The notes beneath the pieces are model-generated. The model had not been told where the DNA came from, did not search any database, and saw nothing but the letters and a program-made list of their open reading frames with translations. A stretch of DNA of 64,000 nucleotides, taken from contig CM059441.1 in assembly GCA_030390025.1 (NCBI GenBank), positions 62,496,001 through 62,560,000 on the forward strand, read 5' to 3'. This DNA comes from Squalus acanthias. Lineage: Eukaryota. The translations under genes were made by a program, and so were the position numbers. This document shows positions 49,019 through 61,723 of this stretch, in pieces. Each line of letters begins with the position of its first letter. The first letter of the stretch is position 1.

Positions 49019-49387
49019 CAGAAACATGAAGCCGTGTTGCAGGGTAGTAGTTATAGTTATCCCTGTTGTCAAATTCTATTCTGAAAAAATAAGGACCTGC
49101 ATCTTCCGGTGTGATATCGTTTATAACCAGTGAACAGTCGCCATCTTTCAGGTCTCCAGACAGCCGGGTCCGATGGCGTAACCGTGGTGACTCATGATTG
49201 TGATCCTTGGAGTGAAAGGCTTGGGGAGCCCATGGTTTCTGATCCTCGGAATTAAACCAGACTCCATCTCGCGGCTGGTTTGCCAGACGCGATGGATAAC
49301 TGTAATGACATGGAATCTGCACACACAAACCTTTCTGTGCTGTCACATCTCGTGGAGTGTTGCCTTTCCACTCTTGCGACAATACAG
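49019..49387 (-). CDS. Gene B Siglec V-set exon
   Basis: 369 nt, open, essential Arg (YFFRIE) retained. Confidence 0.92.
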
Positions 49388-50010
49388 CTGAGGAGAAAAA
49401 TGTCAATATTTAGCACTGGATGGCTTTTCACTCAACTAGACTCGATATCCACCCCCTGCATCACTTGCGCACAGTGGATGCAGTGTGTACCATCTACAGG
49501 ACACACAAGGAACTCACCAAGGTTACTCTGACAGCACTTCCCTGCCCTGCGACCTCCATCATGCAGACGGACAAGAGCAGCAATGTGATGGGATGCCCAG
49601 GTCACATACTGTCCTGCCCAACGTTCCCGCTAAGCATTCTAGAAGTCCTGCAGAGGCCACTCACCGGCTTTTCAATGGAAGAAACTGTGCATGTGAGAAA
49701 ATTTGAATGGGCCACGCAGCCAGTTAAAGGGACCATGCACCAAATAAAAAATTAGAGGGAACATCGGTCCTGCCTTGGGCATATATCACCATTCCTTTAT
49801 CGTCACTGCATCAATATCCTGGAATTCACTATCTAAAAGCATTGAGGGCGCAACTTCACCTTTGTGGGAGCACTTTCAGCACACGGACTGCTGTTTAAGA
49901 ACAGGCTCAACCGCTGACAACTAGCGATGGACAAGTAGATCTAAGTATATTACATCTACTACACTACCTTATCTACTCCTTCTGTTACTGCTTCAACGAA
50001 TTCAATAATA

Positions 50011-51078
50011 GTGCAGCGAAGATTCATCAGACTGATACCTGGGATGGCAGGAATGACGTATGAAGAGAGATTGGGTCAATTAGGCTTATATTCGCTAGAG
50101 TTTCGAAGAATGAGAGGGGATCTCATTGAAACTTATAAAATTCTAACAGGACTAGACAGACTAGATGCAGGAAGGATGTTCCCGATGGCGGGGGAGTCCA
50201 GAACCAGAAGTCACAGTCTGAGGATAAGGGGTAAGCAATTTAGGACTGAGATGAGGAGGAATTTCTTCACCCAGAGAGTGGTGAACCTGTGGAATTCTCT
50301 ACCACAGAAGGCAGTTGAGGCCAATTCATTAATATATTCAAGAAGGAGATAGATACGCACTGTGTACTCACCCGTAAGGCCTCCTGAAGTGTCGGTTTCC
50401 TGCATGCACTGCGTATGCATGGGAAACCGGAACTTCAGGTCTCGTGAAGGGAGCGGTTCAGAGGTGAACCGCGTGCGCGGTAGAGGCTGCGCGCACGCAG
50501 CAAACTTATGGTTTTTTTCAGGTTTCTCCGGGAGGGTAAGTATTGAAGAACCTGCGCTTTTAAAAAGGAGGCGCAAGACCCGTTTTCAACAAAGTAAGTG
50601 GTTAATTAATTATAATTTTAAAATTTTTTCAACAGGTTTATCTATTTTTAGATACTTTAAAGAAAGGTAAGTTTATTTTTAGCACTGTTAAAAAGTATTT
50701 TAATTTTTTCAAAAATTTTAATTTTTGTTTAAAGTAGTTAATTTATTTAACTTATAGTTATTTTAAAAATGTGATGGTTTAAAAAAAAAAAATTATTTGA
50801 AGTTCAGCTGTTGTTTTGGGGCCGATTTCAATTCATAGATTTGACAGGTCTATGAATGAAAGATGGTCTGCTGCCATTGGCTCTCCATGGCCCACGTGAT
50901 CCCAGGGGACGCATCGCACTAACTACGCCCCTGGGACACGCAAGCACTGTGCACCGGCAGTTGGGGCAGGCCCAGGAGCTGAAGTCCCCGTGGGCCAGAA
51001 GCAGAACGGCAGACGCGGTAGGTAAGTGCGCGCGTGATCCTTACCCCCGCGGCAAGCCGGAGAGGCGAATTTCTGGGC
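50011..51078 (+). mobile_element. CR1 fragment (50011-50355) fused to a Harbinger-like MITE end, B arm only
   Basis: QRRFIRLIPG..FTQRVVNLWNSLP, then a GC-rich segment ending AATTTCTGGGCC. It replaces ~80 bp present in arm A (~25390-25470). Confidence 0.75.
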
Positions 51079-52227
51079 CTATATCTTTGAATAAAGGTTC
51101 CATTATCTTTCCTACGCCCGACATTAAGCTAACTGGTCTATAGTTCCATGGACTTGTTCGAGTTCCCTTTTTAAATATAGGAATAACATTAGCTGTCCGC
51201 CAGTCCTCTGGAACTATTCCCTTTTCTAAACAATTTTTTCATATATATTACAGTGCCTCTGCTATCTCTTCCCTAGCTTATTTTAGTATTTGCGGATGCA
51301 ATCCATCTGGACATGGGGTTTTATTCTCTGACTATTTTATCAATTAGCTCGCCACCCTTTCTATCTTAAATTTCTTGATATCTTGTTTAATCTCTTCTAG
51401 TCTCCCTGGTAAATACTGAGGCAAAGTAATCCAAGAATGAATAAAGAACACTCTGTGATTGGGGTGGAGTACTGTTGAGGAAGGGTTGGGCAATCAGTAT
51501 TATAGTGAACCCCCATGTCGGACTGACTCATAGTCACACTGCCTGTGGACCTCAAAATTTCTGTATGTGAAGAAAATTCTTGATGCAACAAATGGCTCCA
51601 TCAACCCAATGGATGGAATGGAATCTTGGACATGGGAGTAAACATGTTCATTCTATATTGGCTCATGGACCTCAGGACCCTGTTTAGTGATCTTCCACCC
51701 AACACAATGCCTAAAAGATGCAAAATTGAGATATATTCTGTGCTGACTTACAAGGCAGGAACAATGGATTAGGAGCCGTCAAAACACATGCCATTACCTC
51801 CATCATGATTCACTAATTAGCCTAAACTTTCTGATTGCTCTTCAACCCAACTGATTGGCGAAACTGATTCAGTCTACTTGGCGCACTTTGTGTCTTCATT
51901 GTCCAGGGAATCACTTTGGATCTTCATTGTCGAAGGGATTATTTTAGATCCAAAATCTATATTGTTGTAGGTTGATTCCAATACAGTATTGTAGACTGAC
52001 TTGTCCCCAGGCTCAGCACTGACCCTACTCCAGCAGACACTTTGAAGCACAGTAAAAAAGCTCCTCTCGCCTGAGCTCTGAATGTGTTGGAGGTTCAGCT
52101 GTGTTGTGTTCATGACTTTTACAGATGGTCTCACTGCGTATTTGTTAAAACTGAACTGGGCCTCAATACGCTGATGCCAAACCCTCTTGCTTTTCTGCAA
52201 TATTCATGATTTCAGCAGGAGAGATAA

Positions 52228-54792
52228 AGGCCGGAATTATCCCTGAAAAAAACGAGTTTGGAGCGCGGGGGCAGTTAAAGTGTTAAAAATGGGATTTCCG
52301 ACCTGATCCCACCTCCAACCCGCCCAAACCTGCCGGAGGGGGGACGGGGCGGGACAGGGGGCGTGGTGACCAAACCGCTCCCGGGGGCGTTACCTCAATT
52401 TAAATATTGTAATGAGGCTGGAAGCGTCTTTTTCAGCGTGATTATCTGCAGGAAAATTTTTGTGTCCTTTGGCGCATGCATGCGGTTGGCCCTGCCGCCC
52501 CCCCCCCTTTGCGCATGCGCACCCGAACCTCTTCTGCGCGCTGTCACCGAGGCCGCGCATGTGCAGTACCTCACAGTTGCGGCTGCTGTGCAGCGTAGGC
52601 CTCACTTTCCTCAGTACCGTGGGACAAGGCACGTCACTGGATCCATGCTGGTCAGGGAGAGAAGAGAGAATCAAAAGGGGAGAGAGAGGGAATCAGAGGG
52701 AGAGGGCGAGAGAGAGAATCAGATAGAGAGGGGGAATCAGAGGGGGAGAGAGACAGAATCGGAGAGAGAGAAGCGAAACAGGGGAGAGAGAGGAAATTGG
52801 AGGGAAGGGGAGAGAGAGAATCAGAGAGAGAGGTAATCGGAGAGAGAGAAGGGAGTGGGGAAGAGAGGGGGGAGAGAGGGAATCGGAGTGAGATGGGCGA
52901 AGAGAGAGGGAGAGAGAGAGAGAGATGGAATTGGAGAGGGAATCGAAGAGGGAGAGAAAGGGAATCAGAGATAGAGGAAGAGGGAGGGAATCGGAGGGGG
53001 ATGGGGAGAGAGAGAGGGAATCGGAGGGAGATGGGGAGAGAGAGTGATAGGGCATCAGAGAGAGGGAATCGTAGAGAGAGGGAGAGAGAGGGAATCGGAG
53101 GAAGAGAGGGGGAATCGGAGAGAGAGAGGGAATCGGAGGGGGGTAGAGAGAGAGGTCAGGAACTCAGGGTGGGGGTCAAGTGCACAGTGGGGATGGGGGA
53201 AGAATGTGATCCAGATCTAAAGGGTGGCGGAATGAGAGCGATAATGTGATCAAGATAGTAAGACGGATCACGTTCTTCCAACCCCACCCCCTTAATACCC
53301 GCACCACGTTATCCCTCTTCTCCCCCTACACCTAGTTGATTTCTCAGACAACTCGGTGCGTTTGTTGCAAGTGACATCATTGGACTGGATGAAATCCGGA
53401 ATTCACGACACTGTCACTATTCACTTCATGCACAATGCCCCATCTACTGGGGTGGGGCGGGGGGGCGTGGGGTGGGAAGGTCAGAAACTTGTTTGGGGAA
53501 AAAGGTCATAAATCTTTGGGGGGAAGGAACTTGGGCAGGGGGAGAAGGTCAGGAACCCGGTGGGGGTGGGGGGGGTGAGAAGGTCAGGAAGCCAGGGTGG
53601 GAGGGAGGAGGTCAGGAAGTTGGGCCGGGTTTGGCTCGGGCACGTCAGGAACTTGGGCGGGGGGGCAGAGTAGGTCAGGAACATGGCGGGGGGCAGAGTA
53701 GGTCAGGAACATGGCGGAGGGCAGAGTAGGTCAGGAACATGGTGGGGGGGGGGGAGGAGTATGTCAGAAACTTGGGCGGGGGGGGGGAGGAACTTGTTTG
53801 CGGGTGGGAGAAGGTCTTAACCCTCGAGGGTGAACCCTGTCTGTTCCAAGTGAGCTCTGTTCTATCTGGAGTATACAGTCAGAATGGCTCGAATTACACT
53901 TTGCAAAGTAATTGATTACGTAGGCAGGGAGGATCTAATTACACATTCCAGAAAAACTGCTGGGTGTATCTTGTCCTCCAAGGGACCAATCAGCAATCAG
54001 GACTTGTCATCCAAAGGCACCAATCAGAGCTTTTGGTGTCGCCAATAAATATGTCCGCTCTTTTTCTCCTTCCACTTTGTCTTTAACTGCCTGTGGACGG
54101 GTTTCACGCAATTCTTGAAACCCGGCAGTAAAACAGAGGCGGGGACTGCTGCATCCAGGAGGTAAGTGGCTTAATACCTACCTCCTCCATCCAGGGACCC
54201 TACCTATCCCATCCCCCATGATCGGAGAACCCCCACGAGGCCTCTGATCAACTCCCCAGGCCTCCCCGCCAAACCCCCGGCCCCCGTCCCAATGTTGATG
54301 ATGAAGCCGGCCACAATCCTCTCTTCCCCTCACCGATCCCCGGCCGACCCCCAGCCATGATCCCTGGCCGACACCCCTCTCCCCCGATCCCTGGCTGACA
54401 CCCCCCGCCCGATCCCCGACCCCTGCCGATGCTCTCCCCCCAATCCCCAACCCCTGCCGATACTCTCCCCCCACTGATCCCAGATCCCTGCCGATCCTCT
54501 CCCAACCCACCCCCCACCCGGCCCCGGCCAATCCTCAATCACATCCACCCCCTGATCCCCGACCCCGGCCGATTGACGACCCCCTCCCGCGATCCCTCTT
54601 CGGGACTGGCCCCTCTCTTCTGAGGCCATTCTGCCCGCAGCTAGCCATCCTCTCAATGTGGCTGGCTGTGGGTGGGAATCTGAGGCCTCGCATTCAAATC
54701 AGGCCCTGCCGTTAAAATCAGCAGGGCCTGTGGGAAACCAGCCTCCCGGGTTTCCTGCCCTCAACACGCCTCCCTTGAGAAAATTGAGGCCG
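52228..54792. mobile_element. Harbinger-like non-autonomous element with internal GA-rich and G/C-run repeats
   Basis: Ends GGCCGGAATT / AATTGAGGCC; its flanks rejoin as the uninterrupted paralogous sequence at ~55965-56000. Confidence 0.65.
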
Positions 54793-54959
54793 AAGAGTTG
54801 CTGACAAGGAACTAAATTCATAGAATCATAGAATCTCACAACACATCGTGCTTGTGAAGGAGCTACCTATCAGTCCCATTCCACCGCTCTTTCCCCATAG
54901 CCCTGCAAACTTTTCCCCTTCAAGTATTTATCCAATTCCCTTTTGAAAGTTACTCTGGA

Positions 54960-55443
54960 ATCAAGAAGTAGAATCAGTTTGGGTGCAGCTAAGGAACAGC
55001 AAAGGAGAGAAAACATTGGTGGGAGTTGTTTATAGGCCCCCAAACAGTAGTTGTTATGTAGGGCGGAGTATAAATCATGAAATTAGAGGCACATGTAACA
55101 AGGGTAATAAAGTAATCATGGGGGACTTTAATCTACATATAGACTGGGCAAACTAATTTGCAGTAATAGTGTGGGGGACGAGTTCATGGAATGTATACAA
55201 GATAGTTTTCTAGATCAGTATGTTGAGGAACCAACTAGGGAACAGGCTATTTTAGATCTAGTATTGTGCAATGAGAAAGGGTGAATTAATTAATAACATT
55301 GAAGTAAAGGTGCCTTTAGGGAAGAGTTGACCATAATATGATAGAATTCTATATTGAGTTTGAAAGTGATTTAAGACCACGAAACTAGGGTCTTAAATCA
55401 AAACAAAGCAACTACATAGGTATGAGGGGCGAGTTGGCTAAAG
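54960..55443 (+). mobile_element. CR1 endonuclease-domain fragment
   Basis: VESVWVQL..LVGVVYRPP..IMGDFN..PTREQAILDLVL. Confidence 0.88.
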
Positions 55444-56755
55444 ACCCTATTTAGTGAAGCAAGTCTTCCACCCAACACAATTCCTAAAAGACCCACCAAT
55501 TGAGATATATTCTGCACTGATTTACAAGGGACAATGGATTACGATCCGTTGGAAGTCATGACATTATCTCCATCATGAATCACTAATTCGCCTAAACTTC
55601 CTGTTTGCTCTTCAACCCATCTGATTGGCTAAGCTGATTCAGTCAACTTGGAGAATTTGGGATCTTCATTTTCTAAGGGATTATTTTAGATACAAAACCA
55701 ATAATGTTGTAGGTTAATTCCAATACAGCATTTTAGACTGACTTGTCCCCAAGCTCAGCACTGGCCCTACTCCAGCAGACACTTTGAAGCACAATAACAA
55801 AGCACCTCTAGCCTCAGCTCTGTATGTGTCGGAGGTGCAGTTGTGTTGGTTGCATGACTTTTACAGACGGTCTCACTGCGTGTTTGTTAAAACTGAACTG
55901 GGACTCACACATAACACTAATGCCAAACATCTCTTGTTCCCTGTCCTGCAATATTCATGATTTCAGCAGGAAACAAAACAAGTTGCTGATGAGGAACTTA
56001 TTTCATAGATCATAGAATAACACAGCACAGGAGGAGGCCATTTGGCCCATCATGCCTGTGCCAGCTCTTTGAATGATCTATCCAATTTATCCCAATCCCC
56101 CGCTCTTTCACCATAGCAGATCAAATGCAAACAGAGCAACTCGGTATATATGAACTTTATACACTTCCTAGCTTGTCTGCTGCTAATCTTTAACATATCT
56201 TGTTCCCTCATCATGGTTGCTATCATGGTGAGAATGGGCAGTAAGTGTGTGGGCTGAATTTCCTGTCTATTTGAAGTGCTAATATGTTGTCGTCATCACA
56301 ACTTCTAACTAAAATTAGGATCTCTGCGTTCCTCCAATTCTGGCCTCTTGTCCATCCGCAAGGTTCAGGGAGGGAATTCCAGAGTTAGGGTCCAGACAGC
56401 TGAAGGCACGGCTGACATTGGTGGAGTGATGAAAATCAGGGCAGAAAAAGAGGACAGAATTGGTGGAATGCAGAGATCTCAGAGAGTTGAAGGGCTGCAG
56501 GAGGTACAGAGATAGGAAGTGGGGGGCAAGGCCACGGAGGGATTTGAACACCAGGGTGAGGATTTAAAACTTGAGGTGTTACCAGGCTGGGAGCCAATGT
56601 AGGTCAGCAAGCACTGGGATGATGGGCGAATGGGACTTGGTGTGAGTTAGTACACTGGGTCACTGCTGAATTTGGTCCCCAATCATAGCTCAATAAGAAT
56701 GATCTTTTGCAAAGACTGTTATCAATTCATATGTCCGAACTGACAATTATATTAC

Positions 56756-56795
56756 CTTGGAGAAGGGACAGGAGCAAGTAAGAATTCCTGACCAT
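56756..56795 (-). CDS. Gene B leader exon
   Basis: MVRNSYLLLSLLQ, phase-1 donor CAAG|GTAAT, acceptor tttctctttcag| (exon starts 56837). Confidence 0.8.
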
Positions 56796-56994
56796 TGTCC
56801 GCTCCCAGATATTCCAGCAACTTCTCACTCTCTAGGTCTGAAAGAGAAAGGAGTTAATGAGACCTCACCTCTTGCCCAATAGCTCTCAAGAGATCAAAAC
56901 TGCTCTTAGACAATGTCTTCACGGAATAATTTGATTATCTGTGGGATGATAGGTGCTCGTCAATGAGTTACAAGGATTTAATAAATAAAAACAA

Positions 56995-57565
56995 AGAAAT
57001 ACTTGCATTTCAAGAGCTCCTTTCACAACCTCAGGACTTCCCAAAGCGCTTTACATGAAGAAAATGAAGTACTTTTTGAAGTGTAGTCATTGTCGTAATG
57101 TAGGAAGCGCGGCAGCCAATTTTCACACAGCAAGGTCCCACAAACAGCAGTGTGATAAATTGTCAGACAATCTGTTCTTTATGTTGGTTAAGGGATAAAT
57201 ATTGGCCAGGACACCAGGGAAATCTCCCCTGCTCTTCTTTGCAATAGTGTTAAGGGATCTTTTACATCTATCTGAGAGGGCAGTTAGAGCCGCAGTTTAA
57301 CGTCTCATCCAAAAGACGGCACCTCCGACAGTGCAGCGCTCCCTCAGTACTGCCCCTCCGACAGTGAAGCAATCCTTCATTACTGCCCCCCCCGACCAAC
57401 TGTGCAGCGAAACGTCAGTACTGCTCCACCGACAGTGCAACGCTCCCTCAGTACTGCCCCTCCGACAATGCAGAGCTCCCTCAGTACTGACCCTCCGACA
57501 GTGCAGAGCTCCCCCAGTACTGCACTGGGCGCGTCAGCCTGGATTACAGGTTCAAGTCTCTGGAC
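56995..57565 (-). repeat. Deu-SINE with ~6 units of the 33-bp minisatellite (gene B intron 1)
   Basis: Same position relative to exon 1 and the leader as the 20360-21775 copy. Confidence 0.85.
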
Positions 57566-57749
57566 TTCCCTTGACCCTTGAACTAGAAATATGCCCTGTA
57601 CGACAGACTTGAGCCCCAAGCCCACATCTCAATAATATATGGAAATCTTGAGAAGGCATCAAATGTTGGAATCTATCTTTATAAAGTCACAACACCAACA
57701 AAGGACGGCGTTGGTCATGGAAGTGAATTACGATCATTGCGTTACTTAC

Positions 57750-57885
57750 CCAGGGTCTGTCCGACTGCTCGCCTGGGGAGTATTTGCCAACATGCACTAC
57801 TTGGTCTGAATGGCCACTTCCTGTGCTACTCTGCGTATTTAATTAGAAAGGGTTGATGTGTCAAGATGAGTCAAAGCAGGAAGTG
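57750..57885 (-). promoter_or_regulatory. Candidate promoter and non-coding exon 1 of gene B
   Basis: Minus-strand order CACTTCCTG, TGACTCA, TTTCTAATTAAATAC, CAGGAAGTG, donor TGG|GTAAGT at 57750. Confidence 0.55.
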
Positions 57886-58449
57886 GTACAGTGGGTTTAT
57901 CAGTCTCTCTCTCTCTCTCTCTCTCTCTCGCATCTGAGTCAAAAGTTCGTGGGTTCAAGTCCACGCTCCAGAGACTTGAGCCCCATAATCCAAACCTACA
58001 CTCCCAGTGCAGTACTGAGGGATATAGATATAGATGTTGGTTTGTATTGAATGCTCAGTCCAGGGGGAAAAAAGGCGTCTAAATGGGGTAGAGGTGCAAA
58101 GGGATCTAGGGGTATAGATTCACAAATCATTAAAAGTAGCAACACAAATTAAAAAAGCCATAAAAGTGCAAGTAAAGCGCTGGGCTTATTTCTAGAATAG
58201 AATTCAAAAGCAGGGAAGTTATGTTAAACTTGTATGGAACCTTGTCTGATTGTCTCATGATTTGAGATGGTGTGGTGGCAATATGGCATTACTGTATAAA
58301 TGCTTTTAAGTGATTGCTGTTGCTGTCATTTTTGTAAAAGTTGTTCTTGTTGTTGTTGTTGTTTTAAAATTTGCTCTCGGACGAAAAGGTCATGCTCTAA
58401 GGGGTTCATGGCCCGCTCAGTACAAAAATAAATTAGGGGGAACATTAGC

Positions 58450-58935
58450 TATGTCCCCCTAGTCCTAGATTCACCAGCCAGCGGAAATAGTTTCTCTCCA
58501 TCTACCCTATCAGTTCCCCTCAAAATCTAGAAAACTTCAATCAAATTATCCCTTAACCTTCTAAATTCCAGGGAATATAATCCTAGTTTGTGTAATTTCT
58601 CCTCATAATTTAACCCTTGGAGTCCCAGTATCATTCTGGTAAATCTACGCTGCGCTCCCTCCAAGGCAAATATATCCTTCCTAAGGTGTGTTGCCCAGAA
58701 CTTAATACAGTACCCCAATATAACCCTAGTTTGTGCAACCTCTTTTCATTTTTACTTAACCCCCAGCCTCAACATCTTTTCGGGGGGGAGAGTTCCAGAT
58801 TTCCACTACCCTTTGTGTGAACAAGTGCTTCCTGACATCACCCCTGAATGGCTGAGCTCTAATTTTAAGATTATGCCCTGTTGTTCTGGACTCCCCCCAC
58901 CAGAGGAAAGAGTTTCTCTCTATCTACCCTATGAA
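58450..58935 (-). mobile_element. CR1 fragments
   Basis: LEGAQRRFTRMI..LEFRRLRDNLIEVF. Confidence 0.8.
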
Positions 58936-59391
58936 ATTTAGGACAGTTGACCAAAAGCGTGGTCAAAGAGGGAGGTTTTAAGGAGCGTCTTAAAGAAGGA
59001 AAGAGAGGTGGAGAGGCGGAGAGTGTATGTATGTGTTAATGCACGTGCGACTGCGACTCAAACACCACGGGCAAACTCACCTGCAGAGTCAGTTATCTAT
59101 CTGTTTCATCAGAACGGACCTTAGTACTAACTATGCAGTGTACGTATGGACATCCTTTATTCTACATTACCTGTAATAGTCTACAATGCGCACAGCAAGA
59201 TCCCACATATAGCAATGTGCTGACGACCAGATCATCTGTATTTTACTGATAAAAATTGGACATCAGGAAGAACTCTTCTTTGAATAGTGTCATGGGATCT
59301 TTGACTTTGCATAGTATTTGTAAAATCCACAGTCTCCTGTGGATATTAGCTGTTTGTATTTGGAGAGATGTGAAAGTATTTATATACTCAC

Positions 59392-61723
59392 GGTCCACAG
59401 TGATGGTTATGGCCCTCTTCACTGCTCCCTAAGCTGGGAAGCTCTCTACAGAGCAGAATATCACTGCAGAATTCCCTTCTTTTATATTGATCGATGAAAG
59501 TTTAATCATATCAAGAGAAGTAATTGATATTCCGTGGTGCCTCTAAAAACAAATAAATATCAGTTAACTTAACTTACTGAGGGAGTGCCGCACTGTCGGA
59601 GGTGCTGTCTTTCACAAGAGATGCTAAACCAAGGACCCATCTGCCTCTCAGGTGGGTGTAAAAGATCCCATGACACTATTCAAAGAAGAGTTCTTCCTGA
59701 TGACCTGGCCAATTTTTATCAGTAAAATATAGATGATCTAGTCATCAGCACATTGCTATATGTGGGATGTTGCTGTGCGCAATGTAGACTATTACGGGTA
59801 ATGTAGAATAAAGGATGTCCATACTTGCATTGCACAGTCAGTGCTAGGGTCCGTTCTGATGAAACAGATGGGTAACTGACTCTGCAGGTGAGAGTTTGCC
59901 CGTGCTGTTTGAGTGATGGGACCAGGGTCAGAACAGAAGTATACGTCAGAGTGACGCCATGATGAGTTACACTGTTTGATACTGACCCAGGTACGCCAAC
60001 ATGATTGACCCAGGTTAAGACAGGTGCTGTTCCATTGCACGTGGTGTTGAAGGTGCAGCTTATGTCCAGACGCTTTCCTGCAATAATTTCAGCAGGGAAT
60101 ATCGTGGATTTGTCTGTGAAATCTAACGCACAGAAAAAAGATCCTTTTAGATAAATATAATTTGAAGCATCAGTTCAAATAGAAACCACCAGAGAAAGCA
60201 CTTTTACAAGGATGTTACCACAACTGAGAGGTTACAATGATAAGCAAAGGCTGAACAGGCTGGGGTTCTTTTCTCTAGAAAAGAGAGGCTGAGGAGTGAC
60301 CTGATGTAGGTCTTCAAAATTATGAAGGGATTTGATAGGATAGATGTAGAGAAGATATTTCCACTTGTGGGGAGTCCAAAACTAGGGGCCAACAATACAT
60401 GATAGTCACTAATAAATCCAATAGGGAATTCAGGAGAAACTTCATTACCAGGAAAGTGGTGTGAATGTGGAACTCACGACCACAAGTAGTGTTGTGGCCA
60501 ATAGCATAGATGCATTTAAGGGGTAGCTAGATAGGTACCTGAGGGAGAAAGCAGATAGGATTACATGAAGAAGAGTGCGAGGAGGCTCGTGTGGAGCATG
60601 GACCTGTTTTTCCGAATGTCTTGCTTCTGTGCTGTAGACTCAATGTAATTCTGTGCAACTATGTAAGAGAAAGTACTTTCCTATTTTCAGGCTTGGTGGG
60701 ATATCTGTCACTGCGCTTAATGTGCTTTCTCTAGGAGACCCTTGAACTGACAATAATGGGTGGGAGGTTGTAGAGCAGGTCACAATCGGAGAGCACTGAC
60801 TCGTCACTCTCTCAGAGATCTCTGCCAAATTTAAATTAAACTGTCCATGGCAGGGCGGAAACAATTTGCATTTTTCCCTCAACCAACACCTAAAACAGAT
60901 GATCAGGTCATTATCACATTGCTGTTTGTGGGAACTTGCTGTACCCAAATTGGCTGCCGCGATTCCTACATTACAATAGTGAATACACTTCAAATGTACT
61001 TCATTGGCTGTGAAGCACTTTGAGATGTCTTGAGGTCGTGAAAGGCGCTATAGAAATGCAAGTTCATTCTTTTGTCTCTTTTATGTACGACTTTTCAACA
61101 TGATTAGACAGACTGATCGGAGTCGATAACGTGATAACAGTGATGGACACATTCAAGACATTTAATCATTGATAATAAAGTGAGTATTAGAGGTTGCTTT
61201 AGGACTGAACTGGAAGGTATCGCCAGGTTACTGATAAGCAGACGCTGCATTATAATAAGCTGTGTTTATTGTTACTATGTAACCGCCACAGTTTATGTCC
61301 CTTTCCATTGACTGTTGAACGTGAATTGCCGAGTCATTATAACACAGCACTTACCAGAAACATGAAGCTGTGTTGCAGGGAAACAGTTAAACTTATCACT
61401 GTTGTTAAATTCTATTCTGAAAAAATAAGGCCCTGCATCTTGCTGTGTGATGTCGTTTATAATCAGGGAACAGTCACCATCTTTCAGGTCTCCAGACAGC
61501 CGGGTCCGATGGCGTAACTGTGGTGATGCGTGATTGTGATCCTTGGAGTGAAAGGCTAGGGGAGCCCATGGTTTCTGTTCCTCGGTATTGAACCAGACTC
61601 CAACTCGCAAATCATTTGCCAAGTGCGATGGATAACTGTAATGACATGGAATCTCTGCACACTAACCTACCTGTGCTATCACATCTCGTGGAGTGTCGCC
61701 TTTCCACTCTTGCGACAATACAG
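59392..61723 (-). pseudogene. psi-C: Siglec-like pseudogene (V 61355-61723, C2 59829-60122, deleted C2 59392-59542)
   Basis: In-frame TAG at 61662-61664 (GLC becomes G*C), GT>GC donor after the first C2, second C2 reduced to 151 nt, no TM exon found. Confidence 0.88.

Noticed and set aside
51430-51780. Retroviral env-like reading on the + strand
   Set aside because: Only vague resemblance, many stops, and no LTR or other retroviral parts.
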